A stretch of 64,000 nt of DNA from Podarcis bocagei (taxonomy: Eukaryota). Below the pieces are notes generated by a model. It was not told where the DNA came from. It saw nothing but the letters and a program-made list of their open reading frames with translations, and did no database searches. Position 1 is the first letter of the stretch. Each line of letters begins with the position of its first letter. This document shows, piece by piece, positions 11,352-24,241 of this stretch. The DNA is taken from NCBI GenBank assembly GCA_964188305.1, contig OZ076885.1. One strand, given 5' to 3'. Both the position numbers and the translations under genes were made by a program.

Positions 11352-13545
11352 CTGAGAAAAGTTTATGGACATGCTTTGCTGCCTAGACCTCAATTTTCAC
11401 CAACCTGCATACAGTTTTGAATTTACAGCTTCACATACGTGGAGAGTAGCAACATGGCTGAAATTTACAGGCTGATTATCTGTGGCTTCATAGTAAGAAA
11501 ATTAGAGCTGATTTTATAACTACATGACAGATATTTGCTCTTTAAGGAAGGGCATGCAGTTTGGAAATGTCAATTAACACACACATACACACATATAATC
11601 AAAATGAACTTTTATATGGTGGGAAGCTCTCAAAATGCAATTTATGTTCTTTCACAGAGATCCCTGGGAATAAATTAAATGTATATCCTTCTCTATTTGC
11701 ACACTATTTGTGCAGCAGTCATGTTATAAGTTTAATAAAAAAAAAAGATTTATAACCCCTGTTATAAGATTTATCATTCACATGGCAGTAGAGAGACCAG
11801 GAACTGAGCAATGCATTTTCTATACTTAACTCTGTTATCTATGGTACAAGGATGCTTATAGCTCTGGGTGTGGAGGAAGCAGAAATAAGGCCCCCCTATA
11901 TGAGCCTGTCTTGGAATGGGGTGAGGTGGGGAGGGAGCTCCATTTCTTATCATTGGATAAGTTAATTTTAAAAAGGAGGGAGGGGAGAAAAGCACAGCGG
12001 CTGTTATAATTTAGTGTGTGCATCTCCGAAGGTTTGCCTTACCCAGGAGGCTAACACTATTAGCAAAACAAGTTTAGGCAAATCTATTCATTCTAGTTTT
12101 ATTAGCAGGTAATGAAAAGGTGTAAGTTAAAGTGTGAAATGACTCTGTGTATTTTGAAAACAATATTTCAGCAAACAGTTTTATTCAGCCAGGTCTCTTT
12201 ATATTATGGTTACATGCAGTACATTTCTTTCTAATAATGCAAAACGGTAGTTTTCGGTTGGCAATACAGGCTAAGCAAGGGAATTAGATTCACGATTATG
12301 GGAAACTGCCTGTCAGCATTGTGCTTTATTTCTCCTCTGCTGCCATGGAGCCATTCACAAGACCCCGGACTGAGCTTGTTTTGCAGTTGGTGCAGACGTT
12401 TTGGTCTATTTGGTCTGAGTGGCATGTGGGGAAGTGGCGAAGCCAGTTCTCCACGAGCACAAACCTCCACTATTCCTAGGCCAAACTTTGTGATGAAAAT
12501 CTGCACAACTCATTTAAGAAGGCTGTTAGTCGTGGCAAATTGAGCCATACAGCAAACCTTACCATGCACAAGTTCTATCCAGGCGAACAAAAGCGAATAT
12601 TCATGGTGGGGTGCATATTTGTTAGACGAACATGCTGCCAGGTGAATTGGCCTTGAGTTAAGCGTCAGCCCCATAGGTTGTTGATGCTTTGTCTTTCAGA
12701 CTCAATCTTATCTTACCAAATATTTTGCCTGATGATGCATTTGTCTTCTGTAACTTGATAAACATTACATGACCCAACATGTTTAAGTTTGCAGCACAAA
12801 AATTGAAGTGACTGATAATGAATTAATGCCCATGTCAGCCCCCCCCCTCTCTCTCTCTTTAAAAGAAGAAGCTAATAGCTAACACTCCTTCCAGGACTCC
12901 TGTTTTTCTCTCTCCAGTTCAGAAAAAATGGGCTACTTTCTTTGGCATACACAAGAGGTACATAAAAACGTAATCAAAACAAGCTTGGAGGGACAGGTTG
13001 AATAAAAGTATTGAGAACTCTAAAAATGTTGCAAAGATCTTTGTCTATTATCAGACGCCAATCCTGACAATATTCACTTGTTGCCTTCAAGGAGGTCCTG
13101 AGCCTGTAAGCAATACTTAAAATGGTAAGGATGTAGATGAACAAGGGTTCACCTTGAAGAGTAGAGGAGCTCTGAAAGGAAAGTGTGGAGATTCCCATAT
13201 CACAGGTACTACCTAAGCACTGCTATTTCTTCAAGGTTTTCCTGTTCACAGAGAGACAGTCTACAGGACCAAGGCCTAGCTCAAATAGAGCCCATCTGCA
13301 TAGCTTGATTCAAAACAGGAAGGGGCAGATTAATGGCATAGCATAGACTATGATTCTGATATCCCTTCCTTTAAAAAAATGCAGGAACTTCACAAGTGGG
13401 TACATAACAATGCACCTCTTGACAGAAGATGCTGTCCTCCTCTGATCCAGCATAATATAGATATAGGCCCAGGTATGCTGAGTGGCACGGTTGGAAGCCA
13501 ATGACGCCTAAGGGGCTTCCGTTGGGAGCCACCATAAGTCTCTAT

Positions 13546-13794
13546 AGAAGAAGAAGAGTTTGGATTTGATATCCCGCCTTTCACTCCCCTTCAGGAGTCT
13601 CAAAGCGGCTGACATTCTCCTTTCCCTTCCTCCCCCACAACAAACACTCTGTGAGGTGAGTGGGGCTGAGAGACTTCAGAGAAGTGTGACTGGCCCAAGG
13701 TCACCCAGCAGCTGCATGTGGAGGAGCGGAGACGCGAACCCAGTTCCCCAGATTACAAGACTACCGCTCTTAACCACTACACCACACTGGCTCT
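13546..13794 (-). mobile_element. tRNA-derived CORE-SINE (Squam3/MIR-like)
   Basis: Minus strand begins AGAGCCAGTGTGGTGTAGTGGTT (A box), GGGTTCGCGTCTCC (B box), CORE GGGTGACCTTGGGCCAGTCAC, and ends in a (TCT)n tail. Confidence 0.88.
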
Positions 13795-14679
13795 ACTCTC
13801 TCTCTTCCTTGGGAGTTAGCTGGCCTGTCATCTGTCAGTTTTCTGTTTTGTTCGATGGAGCAACTGTTTGGTGTGGTGGTCCAGCTCCACTGCTTGGACC
13901 TGGGCTTAAATCTGGAGGGATTGTTGTGTTGTTTACAGTATGGCGCAACTGAATCATACCAAGGTCCTGTATCATAGTAGTAAAAGGGGGGAGGATGTTA
14001 GGTTCTTCTTAGTTGATGGAGTCAGCTTTATTTCATGGTGATAGAACTACTTGGTTATGCATTCTTGCCAGGTACCATAGTGCCACTGATATGGTGGTCT
14101 GATGGCATCAGTTGGTTACTTTTGTTCCGTTTTATTATTTCCTTCTTGACTGAGGTAGGCATGGCCTGGTCTGCATGTGCAGAAGAATGAGGTGGTAGAA
14201 TGGACTGTTCCACATCAGGCTGCTGGTGACAGACACCATTTTGTTGTTGTTTCACCCATGGTGCTGGTGTGCAGCTGGAATGTAGGGTGTGGTGAATGTG
14301 CTACTTTCCTACATGCAAGGGAGCATTTAAGACTCTTGAGCCTCAACTTTGTGTTGCAAAGATCCTTCTGAAACCACATTCTACTTCATATATAGAGCAG
14401 ACCTTACTTGCTTTGCCACAGTTGAAGAACTGCCAAGATATACCAGTGATTACTAAATACAATAGTCAGCACATACATCTTCTTGCCAAGAGTTTCACTG
14501 CTGAAAGCTGTGCAGGGTTCAACAGCATTCTGTCCTGCTCTGAAATGCCCTCTAAATTTGGAATTAATTGACTTGGCAGAGATTACGTGTACCCCTTCAA
14601 AGGTATGACACACCAAAAAGTGGGACAGCCACAGCACATTTCTCCTTGTTTCTCCACTACTGTACTAAAGTCCTAATTG

Positions 14680-14797
14680 CATGGGCGTAGCCAAGGAGGG
14701 GCAGGGGGGCAGCTGCCCTCCCAAATCAATAAAAATCAATAAAAATATATAGCAAACTGAGGTCCCCCCCCCAACAATAATCGTGACTATGCCCATG
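14680..14797. mobile_element. short hAT-type MITE
   Basis: TIRs CATGGGCGTAGCCA / TGACTATGCCCATG; TSD cctaattg/cctaattc. Confidence 0.88.
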
Positions 14798-16076
14798 CCT
14801 AATTCACTATGGTGAAGAAAATGAGGAGTGCGAAAGACAAGCAGGAAATGAACTAGTGAAAGAACCAACAGGAGGCACAGCTGATGTAAGTTACCTTGTT
14901 GCTTTGAAGCTGTTAAAGGGGCAGGCATGATCTCAGAGTTTATATAAGATGTCACAGCAGATGAACCCTTTGTTTGAGCTAGTAAAACTGTTCTCATGTT
15001 CTAAATATTATGTTGTCGAGGTAAATAGTACGTTCATGACATGTTCAAATGATGCCAAATCATAAGGAATTGGTGAAAATTCGGAAGATGGGATTAAAAC
15101 TCAAATCGATCATGATAAATTAACAAACACAGGTGGAAAGCAATAAAATGTTCTACATGTGCTATATATGTTGGGTCATTCCTGAAAGTACAGCTTGAAA
15201 ATAAGCATGAATGGAGACTCTGATGATAAGCCATTGACTCATGCACTTTCATGAAAGTGACAAGCAATTCAAAATTAAGTCAATGTGTTGTTGCAGTCTT
15301 ATAATTTACAATCATTCAGGAATTCATATAGATCTATCTTCCTTCCTTCCTGTTTTTTTTAAAAAAACACTGCAGTTTCATTTGAAGTCATCATGTGATT
15401 GATCCCTGCATAGCTAGGTTGCCTTAAAAGTGGTGCTATTTACAATTAACTCATGTTTTCAGCACACACATATATATAGTGGCTTCATCACTGTGTGACA
15501 GTCTTAGCCTCCATCTCAAGGTGAGTCTTTTCAGTCAGAGGCAATAGTGGGAGTAGGGGGATGATGGATTGTCTGAATCCACTACAAGTTCAAGCTTAGT
15601 CAAAAATGTTTGCAAGTTTTTGGCACAGAGAACAAAAGTTAAAGGATTCCCGCCATACCCCTACTCCTAAGTCATTTGGTGAACTCTCATGAGCTTTGCT
15701 GAATGCACTGTTAGGAGTCTAATCTGTGGGCTAATTGTTTTTCAAATGTCAATTTTTTGGAGTCCAAACTGTAAAACTTAAGGCTATGCATGCTCATTGC
15801 AAATGCAGCCATTTGCACAGATCAACCTCTCTCAATGGCTTATGTTAGGAACAAATGTAACCAGCTTCCTTAATTATACTTGTCCCATTCATTCTGCATT
15901 CACAATTAGGAATGGAATCGGACCTCTCCATTTCCACTTTGCCCTTGAAAATTCTTTAACATGTTTTCAAAACCTAGTTTTCCCTATATGCTCACTAATA
16001 CTTTGCACATTAAGTATGATTTATATATTATGTTGCAAAGGCCATGATTGACATGGCAGAACTATAACACATATTA

Positions 16077-16422
16077 AAGGTAAAGGTAAAGGTACCCCTG
16101 CCCGTACGGGCCAGTCTTGCCAGACTCTAGGGTTGTGTGCTCATCTCACTCTATAGGCCGGGAGCCAGCGCTGTCTACAGACACTTCCGGGTCACGTGGC
16201 CAGCGTGACAAGCTGCATCTGGCGAGCCAGCACAGCACACGGAACACCGTTTACCTTCCCGCTGGTAAGCGCTCCCTATCTATCTACTTGCACCCGGGGG
16301 TGCTTTCGAACTGCTAGGTTGGCAGACGCTGGGACCGAACGACGGGAGCGCACCCTGCCGCGGGGATTCGAACCGCCGACCATGCGATTGGCAAGTTTTA
16401 CCCACAGCGCCACCTGCGTCCC
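16077..16422 (-). mobile_element. Sauria SINE (lacertid type)
   Basis: Minus strand starts GGGACGCAGGTGGCGCTGTGG; B box GGTTCGAATCC; (ACCTTT)n tail; perfect 13-bp TSD ATAACACATATTA (16064-16076, 16423-16435). Confidence 0.95.
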
Positions 16423-19400
16423 ATAACACATATTACCTGGTAGCAAAACTGAATGTGCCACTGAACCAGTTTAGATTATTACATCTCAGTATAATAAGAT
16501 GAAATATTAATTTGCTTTTTGCTGTTGCATGCAAAGCTTTTCCTTCTCTCTTCACACAACCTACAATTAAACTAGGAAGCCTCTAATTAACCATGGCTTT
16601 CCATTTCACCCAAACTGGTATCATATGGTTACTAATTTTGGAACAAGCTAATATTAAACCAACTTCAAACCATAGTTTAATATCTTGGCTTGTTCTGAAG
16701 CTGGTAACTATAGTTTTCCTGACTGGGATGAAACAGAAAACGATGGTTAATTGAAAACCTCCCGGACCGATTTCTCATGCTGAAAAGGGGATGGATGAAT
16801 GATTGTCCAATGATGGCTACCGCATATATATTTAACTGAAAACTAGTCCATTGACAAATATTTCTGATATCTCTCCAACATCCAAGTTTAGTGCTTACAT
16901 AAAAGATCTGAGTGTGGCCTGTCATCGTGACATAGAAATATCATGTGTGACTTTTAGCAATTCTAAGATAAGAAGTAGAGGGTGTACCATTTCCTTAATC
17001 CCGTTTCCTCATTCCCAAATTTGGAAGCAACTGTTTCTCCATAATAATTTAGAAGTAAGCAAATAATTTCCCCTGAACCTATTACATCAACCTAGAGCAA
17101 ACATGCAGAAATGCAGTTCTGCTATACTAGGTGTCAAAGACTTTCTGTACAACAGGTCACATCCAGCTCATGTATCAAATACTATCTATCTAAATACTAT
17201 CAAATACTATCTATCCAAAGACACTGCATTATAAGGAAACATTTCCATCACTTTCATAGGTCTCTTGACAGAACAGTGTATATGCCTGTGTTTGAATCAC
17301 AGTCCTTTACTAAAATAATACTTAAGTGTAGTCTAACTTACAAAAAGCAAGATTTTTTTTCAAAATAAGCATTGACCTATAGTGAGGCTGGCTAACTAAC
17401 AAAACTTATTGAAGAAGGAAAGGTACTATTCAGTGAGAGTGAGAGTATGACTCTCTGGCCCAGCGTTAATAAAAAATGTCAGCTGGAAGTAGGTTTTAAA
17501 AAAATTGCTCCTTCTGTATTTTTACAGTTGAGCTATAAATTCCTCATAAACAGAGATAATAATGAAAGTGCTGACACAACCTTTGCTATGGCATTGGGAA
17601 CATTCACTACAGTATGTTACCTGTTCTTTGCAGAGGAAAAATTTGTATAGTCCCCCCCCACCGTGAAATATTAGTGCTTACATAGTCTACTATATTATCT
17701 CATTTAGTTTTGTTTTGTTTTGTTTAAATACAGGACAGTCTGGATAAATCGACAGATTTCGCTAGTTATCTTGCAAAACGGAATAGATAAAACTCACAGT
17801 ATTACTTCAGAGAAGGAAGACAAACCCCATCAATTATTCTGAAATGTAAGTAGCTAGCCATAAGAAGATCACTAGAAAAAGTCTGTATTTTCCTCAGGTT
17901 TAACTAAATAATGTATGCATACTTTTGTTTTGGCATGATGAAGCAATTTTAGCCTTTAAAACACACAACTACTCAGGAGGGAAAAGGTCTGGTTCCTGCA
18001 ACTTAAATAATTCAAACATCCAGGTGGAAATGCTTTTAGCAATTTCCTTTTTGGAGACAAAGGAAGAAGAGTTCAAAATTCTGAGACACCGAGGAGGAGG
18101 CAACGACAACAACAACAAGTAATAAAAGAGCAAAGTGTGGCTACTTCCCAGTAGAAGACAAAATTCGCAAGAATTAAAGCTGACCACACAGACGGTCAAT
18201 AGAAAACTGTAGCAATAAAAAAAAATGCTTTGAGAAAAATGATTGGCCTTGTATTATAACAAACTTGTTTTCCTAAAAACACAGTAAAAATAGCACTCTA
18301 CTCTTTCGCCTGGGTCCTAGCTGGTTTGTATATGCTATGGGGTTAGGCAGATGTTAGGGGTCACTGAAGAAGCTGTGTGAAAATGTGAGCTGCCAGCAGT
18401 CGCCTTCTGAGTTTACAGAAACATATATGTCATATAAGGCATAACTTAGGGCTTGAAAACAAATGAGAAGTGAAAGGAGCTACCCAAGTTTGGAAGGTTG
18501 TTTTAGAATACAGGACATCAGCTGTAGTCAAGACAAAACTCTCTCAGCAGCACGGGGGAATTTTGCAGGCTTAGAATGTAGGTAAAAATGGTCCTCTGAG
18601 TCAGTGTCCTATTGGCCTTATGTCAGGTTTCGATACATGCCGTAGGGAGAATTTGCCTTCTCACTTGCAGATCTGTAATGACATGCTTGTAAAAGAGCGT
18701 GGGACTGCAGCTGAAGCCCCTGCATTGGCCTTAGAGCAAAGCTTACAGCCCTGAAATTCTTTTTTTGTGTGAAAATAAAACACATACAAATAAATTCCCT
18801 GAGAACTTTGGAAAGTGTAAGGAGGAGGAAGGGGACGAGAGAAGGAAAACAGAGGGAAGCAAAAGGACAGGCTAGCACAGTGGAAGCAACAAAATGTAAA
18901 CCGAATTGCCTATTGAGAAGAAACAACCCAAGATATCTGTAACCTGAACATCAAATTCAGTCACTCAAAAAGGAATAGTCTCCCCTGTTCCCAATAACCA
19001 ACTTCCGAAATTTGGATATTTACCTGAGGAGGAATAGGGAAGAGAGGATTGAGAATAAGAACTAGGCTGTGTCTTTCCTGCACTCACACAGTGTGCAAAA
19101 GTTGAAATGTATCTGAAAAGTTTTTAGTCTGATTCCTGGGAGGCCTTGGAGAAAACAGTAACTATTCGCCTCCTTCCTTCCTTCTCCTCACCCATGCTTG
19201 ACCTTCTGCCAGCATCTCTTCACAGGTTCAGCAGGGGAGATAGAGGGGGAATCCTACAACCACTCCTGCCTGTGGGGGGAATCCCTCTCAGTAACAACAC
19301 TGTGAAATAGGCCTTGGAAATCCTCTCTGATTCCCCTGTTCCTCAGCCCACATATGCTACTTTAATGAAGTGGCTTTTCTGCTGGCAGTTGCAAGATGAC

Positions 19401-19799
19401 TGACTGCCTACCTGGCTGTCAGCACACTTGTTAATCCATCCTTTAGAAGCGGGTGATGTTCCACTTGCCTAAAAAGAGGAAGACCATGTACTCTGGCCTT
19501 TGTAGGATGCCATATGGTGCTTGTTGGAACCAAATCTCAGCATCTGGATTTGGTTGCGTGTCCTGCAGCCGGGGTGGAGCAAGCCACCCATGGGGGCGGG
19601 GCAAGCCAAGGCAGGGTGCGCTGCGTGGAGCCTCTCTGCAGTCTCCCCTTCAGCTGTAGGGCGGCTGAGGCAGTGGGCAGGCGCAAGCCCCATGTTGCCT
19701 TTTCAGGCAGCGCCTGGAACCTGCAGGTGCCCCAGCCACTAAATCACTCCTAGGAGAGACGCATGGTTTGGGCATGCTGCAGGCCCCACTGTAAGTGCC

Positions 19800-19978
19800 A
19801 GCCCCCATGGTGTGGCACCCAGGGCCAGCTGTGTTTTGTTGAACTTGTTGACTGAACTAAAAAGTTTCATGAGCCCCCCCTATAAAATAAAACTCATATT
19901 TCTGTCAATTTGTCACTGCCCTATGTGATGACACCTGGGTTGGCTCGCACCCACCGCACCCCCATTCCTATGCCACTG
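19800..19978. mobile_element. decayed hAT-type MITE fragment (CAGTGGCGTAG family)
   Basis: Right end cctatgccactg matches the TIR of 25726-25893; left end not resolved. Confidence 0.5.
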
Positions 19979-20065
19979 CTTGGAGCCAGGTCAATTGACT
20001 TACTGATATTGTGTCACCGGTATAATTCAATAATAACAGATTCACTCTTATGCCTGCGTATATTC

Positions 20066-20195
20066 CATACATTAAATGCACATTTGAAGCACATGACTTC
20101 CCCTCACAGAGCTGCAATTCCCAGTGCCCCTCACAAACTACAGTTCCCCAGATTCTTTGGGGTAGGTGTCATGTGCTTTAAATGTATGGCATATA
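20066..20195. mobile_element. palindromic MITE-like repeat
   Basis: Inverted arms catttgaagcacatgac / gtcatgtgctttaaatg; related half-copy at ~28118-28180. Confidence 0.7.
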
Positions 20196-20384
20196 CACAG
20201 TGGTGAGATGTTTTGTCACTGAGACATACCCAGTTCGCACATCTATTCCTCATTGTTCACATGCATTAAAGGATTTTGCTTCTGCTGCTTTCTATCAGCA
20301 CAGTGGATGCAGATGATCAGTTGCCATTACATGTTGCACATTCTGTCCAGCTGATTTGCTGCTATTAATAATAATGATAACAAC

Positions 20385-20505
20385 AATTTTATTATTTGTA
20401 CCCTGCCCATCTGACTGGGCTGCTCCAGCCACTCTGGGCGGCTTCCAATGGATATAAAAACTTAATTAAAAAAAAATCAAACATTAAAAACTTCCCTATA
20501 CAGGG
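20385..20505 (-). mobile_element. L2-type LINE 3' end
   Basis: ttattatttgtaccctgcccatctg...ccagccactctgggcggctt, resembling an antisense L2 tail. Confidence 0.65.
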
Positions 20506-20880
20506 AAAAACCTCCCTAAAAACTTTCCTGTGCTAGTTTTGAGCGTCCATCTTAGTGCCCTATGTTGTCCCTGACTGTCCTTTTTTGAGAAAAGAGGCAG
20601 TTGCCTCATCAGCGTTCCCTGTGAGCTAAGGTTCAGGCTATATCCAAAGCCCTGAAGGCTTTTCTAATATGTACAGCCCCCTGCAGTCATAGAAATCAGC
20701 TTGCTGAAAGGTTTTATTTCTTCTCCATATAAAAAGGACAGTTTAATGCTTTATCCAGAAACAAGAAATGCAGAAGTAAAAGTGAGCTATGATTTCAGAC
20801 TTTAAACAGTGTGTGTGTGCACGCCTGTGTGTGTGTATCTCCACCAGAAGGTGTCCCTGGGTCTAAACGTTGAATATATA

Positions 20881-21240
20881 AACATAAGAAGAGCTCTGCT
20901 GGAACTGAATAAAGCCCACCTAGTCTAGCGTTCTGTTCCCACAGTGGGTCACCAAAGACTTTCTGGAAGCCCTCTGGAAGCAGGGCATGCGCACAACAGC
21001 AGCCTCTTGTTCACAATCCCCAAGAATTCAGAATCATATTGCCCAGGGCTTTTTACAAACCGGAACTCTCTAGAATTCAGTTCCAGCGCCTCTCAGGTGG
21101 GTGCCATTGCCATTCTAAGAGAACGAGGGAATTCCGGCACCTCTTTTTCTAGAAAAATAGCACTGATACTGCTGCCTCTGAACTACATAGCTATGTTGAC
21201 TACCAGCCATTGAAAGCATGATCCATCATGAACTTGTCTA
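20881..21240 (-). mobile_element. CR1 3'UTR relic, interrupted by a MITE
   Basis: aacataagaagagc...ctagtctagcgttctgttcccacagtgg; homologous to 3473-3810. Confidence 0.75.
21044..21165. mobile_element. hAT-type MITE nested in CR1
   Basis: TIRs CAGGGCTTTTT / AAAAATAGCACTG; TSD atattgcc/atactgct. Confidence 0.8.
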
Positions 21241-22558
21241 CAAATTGCCTCTAGCCCACATGCTTTTTTAGCTAGAAAAAACCACAAAACAGTATAGTAA
21301 ACCCATATCTGTCAATGACAGTGTTTTCCCCAACCTTCATTTTAAACTATATATAGTAACACCTTTGAGGTCTGCCTACATTATATATTGGTTTGGGGCT
21401 TCTCAATTGCATCGAGAACCCACACAGAACCAGAGTCTAGTCCCTTTCAAAGGGGATCACACACGGTCACAGGAGAAACCAGGGGGTCCTCTCTGTATGA
21501 TCTGGGGATAATTTGTCACAGGGGACTCTGGACAGGGTATCCAGAGAAAGGTCGGAACAGAGCAACACTAGCTCCTGGCTAACGCTGTGTTTTTGTTAAC
21601 AGTGCTCTGGAAAAACATGAAATGCTCCGTTTCCAGACCAGGCCACTTCCTTCTTCCATGATCAAACAATGAACAGATCTTTCTGGCCTTACAAAGGAGC
21701 AGCTGAAGGTTCAGTAAGTTATTTGTTAATGAGGACTGGGGAATGACAGGAAGACAGAAAAGTCAGCCGATATCGAACTCTTTTACCCAGAACTTGATTT
21801 GTCTAACTCCCAGTATCACATTTCCTCTTCATTCTACCACTGCACTTATTTTGTGCACTGTTTTTTAAACTGCAAATAGCACCTGCTGGGGTGGGGCTGA
21901 GAAATATCGGATTGCAGCCACTGAGGATGGGGATTGTAAGCCTTCCCACCCATCCTGAAATCCTGAGGACGATCCCTCCTCTGAGGCTGCTATTTGCATC
22001 AGGAGAAAAACCCCCACTGGTGCCAATGTGGGTTTTCCTCCCAGTTGCAGGTGCCTTCACAGGAATGGTTTTAATCAAGACCACAGTAAGGGCAAGAAAG
22101 AGTTAAAATGCCTTCTCTAGCCCCTACTGAAATTCCCCAATAATGTTCAGCCCCTGCCCCATTCAGCTGCTATATGCATTTTTTTTTAAAAAAAAAGAAA
22201 AAGCCATGAACATTAAATAGTTTGTGGATCCCAGCTCAGATCAGGTCCCTCAGGGGTTCTGTTTAGATGATGATTTACTGTATTTGGGGTGATTTTATTC
22301 CCCACCCAGGATTCTCCTATTCAGTTTTATCCTGTGTTCGCCTCTGAATCACACAGCTGCACACCTGACAGAAAACTTTCTCATATATATATATATATAT
22401 GAATGAGTCTGGAGTGTATTAATAGGAAGCGTTGATTAAAAAAGAATTAGCTCCATAATCCTACTAGTTATACTTCTAACAATATTATTTTAAGACAATT
22501 AATTCATATTTTTAAATAATGAAATTACCAGCATAAGACGCTAAACTTCTTTAGTATA

Positions 22559-22693
22559 NNNNNNNNNNNNNNNNNNNNNNNNNNNNNNNNNNNNNNNNNN
22601 NNNNNNNNNNNNNNNNNNNNNNNNNNNNNNNNNNNNNNNNNNNNNNNNNNNNNNNNNNNNNNNNNNNNNNNNNNNNNNNNNNNNNNNNNNCAT
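22559..22693 (-). other. N-block 3 (22559-22690, 132 nt) preceded by a possible minus-strand acceptor
   Basis: Minus strand: catgttcttgatgcag|ATG then N; weak pyrimidine tract. Confidence 0.4.
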
Positions 22694-24189
22694 CTGCATC
22701 AAGAACATGCTACTTTCTTTGATGTACTGTCTTATTGGAAACCTAATTTGCTTTCAACCTCGGAGACAACACATAGCATAAGTTTGTGTGACTAATTTTC
22801 TTGGAAATGTGAGTAATTAGAAATAAGGGACCATCTCCCTAAGCCAGGGAATGGACAGTGTTTCAAATTCAGAATAAATGTTTGCACTGCGAGTTATTTC
22901 CTCTCCTCCTTTGAGCTGTCTGCTACAAAAGAGAACTAGAGAAAGAGAGAGACACACGCAAGGCTCTGTGCAGGCAAGGAGAAGAAAGAACATCGGCCCC
23001 CGTGTAAACGGCAAACTACTACAGCGAAGTACAGAAAGGTTTATTACCTGAGGTGAGCACTCCCGGGGCTCCCGGAGTATAAAAGCATTAGGCGTATGTT
23101 CTGAGCGAGTAATAAAAATCAATAAACAGGAACCCCCCACCTGTGCTATGGCCCCAGTGTTAGGTTTTATACATGTAGTAATAGTGCATATCGGTTTTCA
23201 CCCACCCTTCTCGTTCTAGCCTATTCCAAGACCTACGGCCACCGGAGGGATTGCTGGAGCAACACCATTCATTCCTCGGAGTTGTCTAGATGCCAGCTCC
23301 ATTGCATCATTGTCAGTTTTATTCTATCTACAACTGGACAAGGCGGCAGCCCCGGCTCCTATCCACCCACTCAGCACTGCAACAATTGGAAACTGTGTTC
23401 TGCTGCTTAAAGAGTTTACAAGCCCTCTGAAAGAAAACAGAACAGTTGCATATTAATGCGTGCGACAAGCCCCCTGAAAGATCACATAATAGGGAGCCGG
23501 GGAAAAAACCAGGCTGGGGGTGGGGTGGAGGGTTGCGGGAGTTGAAGGGGGGGGAGTGCAATGAATATGTGATGCTGTCCAGCTGCTACGGAGTGCATCT
23601 CAGCCCGTTATGTTTTAAAATAAATTCACGATAAACATCGATATTCCAAATGTATCGAGTTTCTGCAGCAACTGGGCTCTCTAATTGCTATGAAGTATAG
23701 CTAGCACAGGTCACCCGGTTGTTACACTGGTGTAGTGGTATTTGCTAAAATCAAAGTCTGCAGAGGCAGTATCTCTGCCAGGTTACAAAAATAACTACTA
23801 AATCACACTTACGTTATAATTAAAGAGAATGCCCCCAATAAGGCAGGAAAGAGTGTGAGCGTAAACCTTTGCCATATATCTTTTTGCTGTTCATTAATCT
23901 ATGGAAATAAGGGTGGCAGGTTTATTTAAATACCACGGGAACCATGGAAATTAGTTACTTTTCATTTTTTTATTTTAAAAAAATCAGGAACGATGTGTGA
24001 TGTTTCATCTTATGGCCTTCTGTATGTGTGTTGATTTTATTTTATTTTTTAAAAAAGAGTAAGGCTTCTAATTATGATCCAAAGATGACCATTGCTCATT
24101 TGGGCCAGTAATGAGAAACATTTGAGTGTGGGAGCTTTGATAGTGAAATAAGCATGATCTGAGTGTAGTTTCCTTTCATGAAAGGGAAG

Positions 24190-24190
<1 letters not shown>

Positions 24191-24238
<48 letters not shown>
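24191..24238. repeat. (GA)n microsatellite
   Basis: Direct reading. Confidence 0.95.

Positions 24239-24241
<3 letters not shown>

Noticed and set aside
13740-13794. tRNA gene
   Set aside because: The A/B boxes belong to a SINE head; there is no cloverleaf or terminator. The same applies at 16.4 kb and 59.25 kb.
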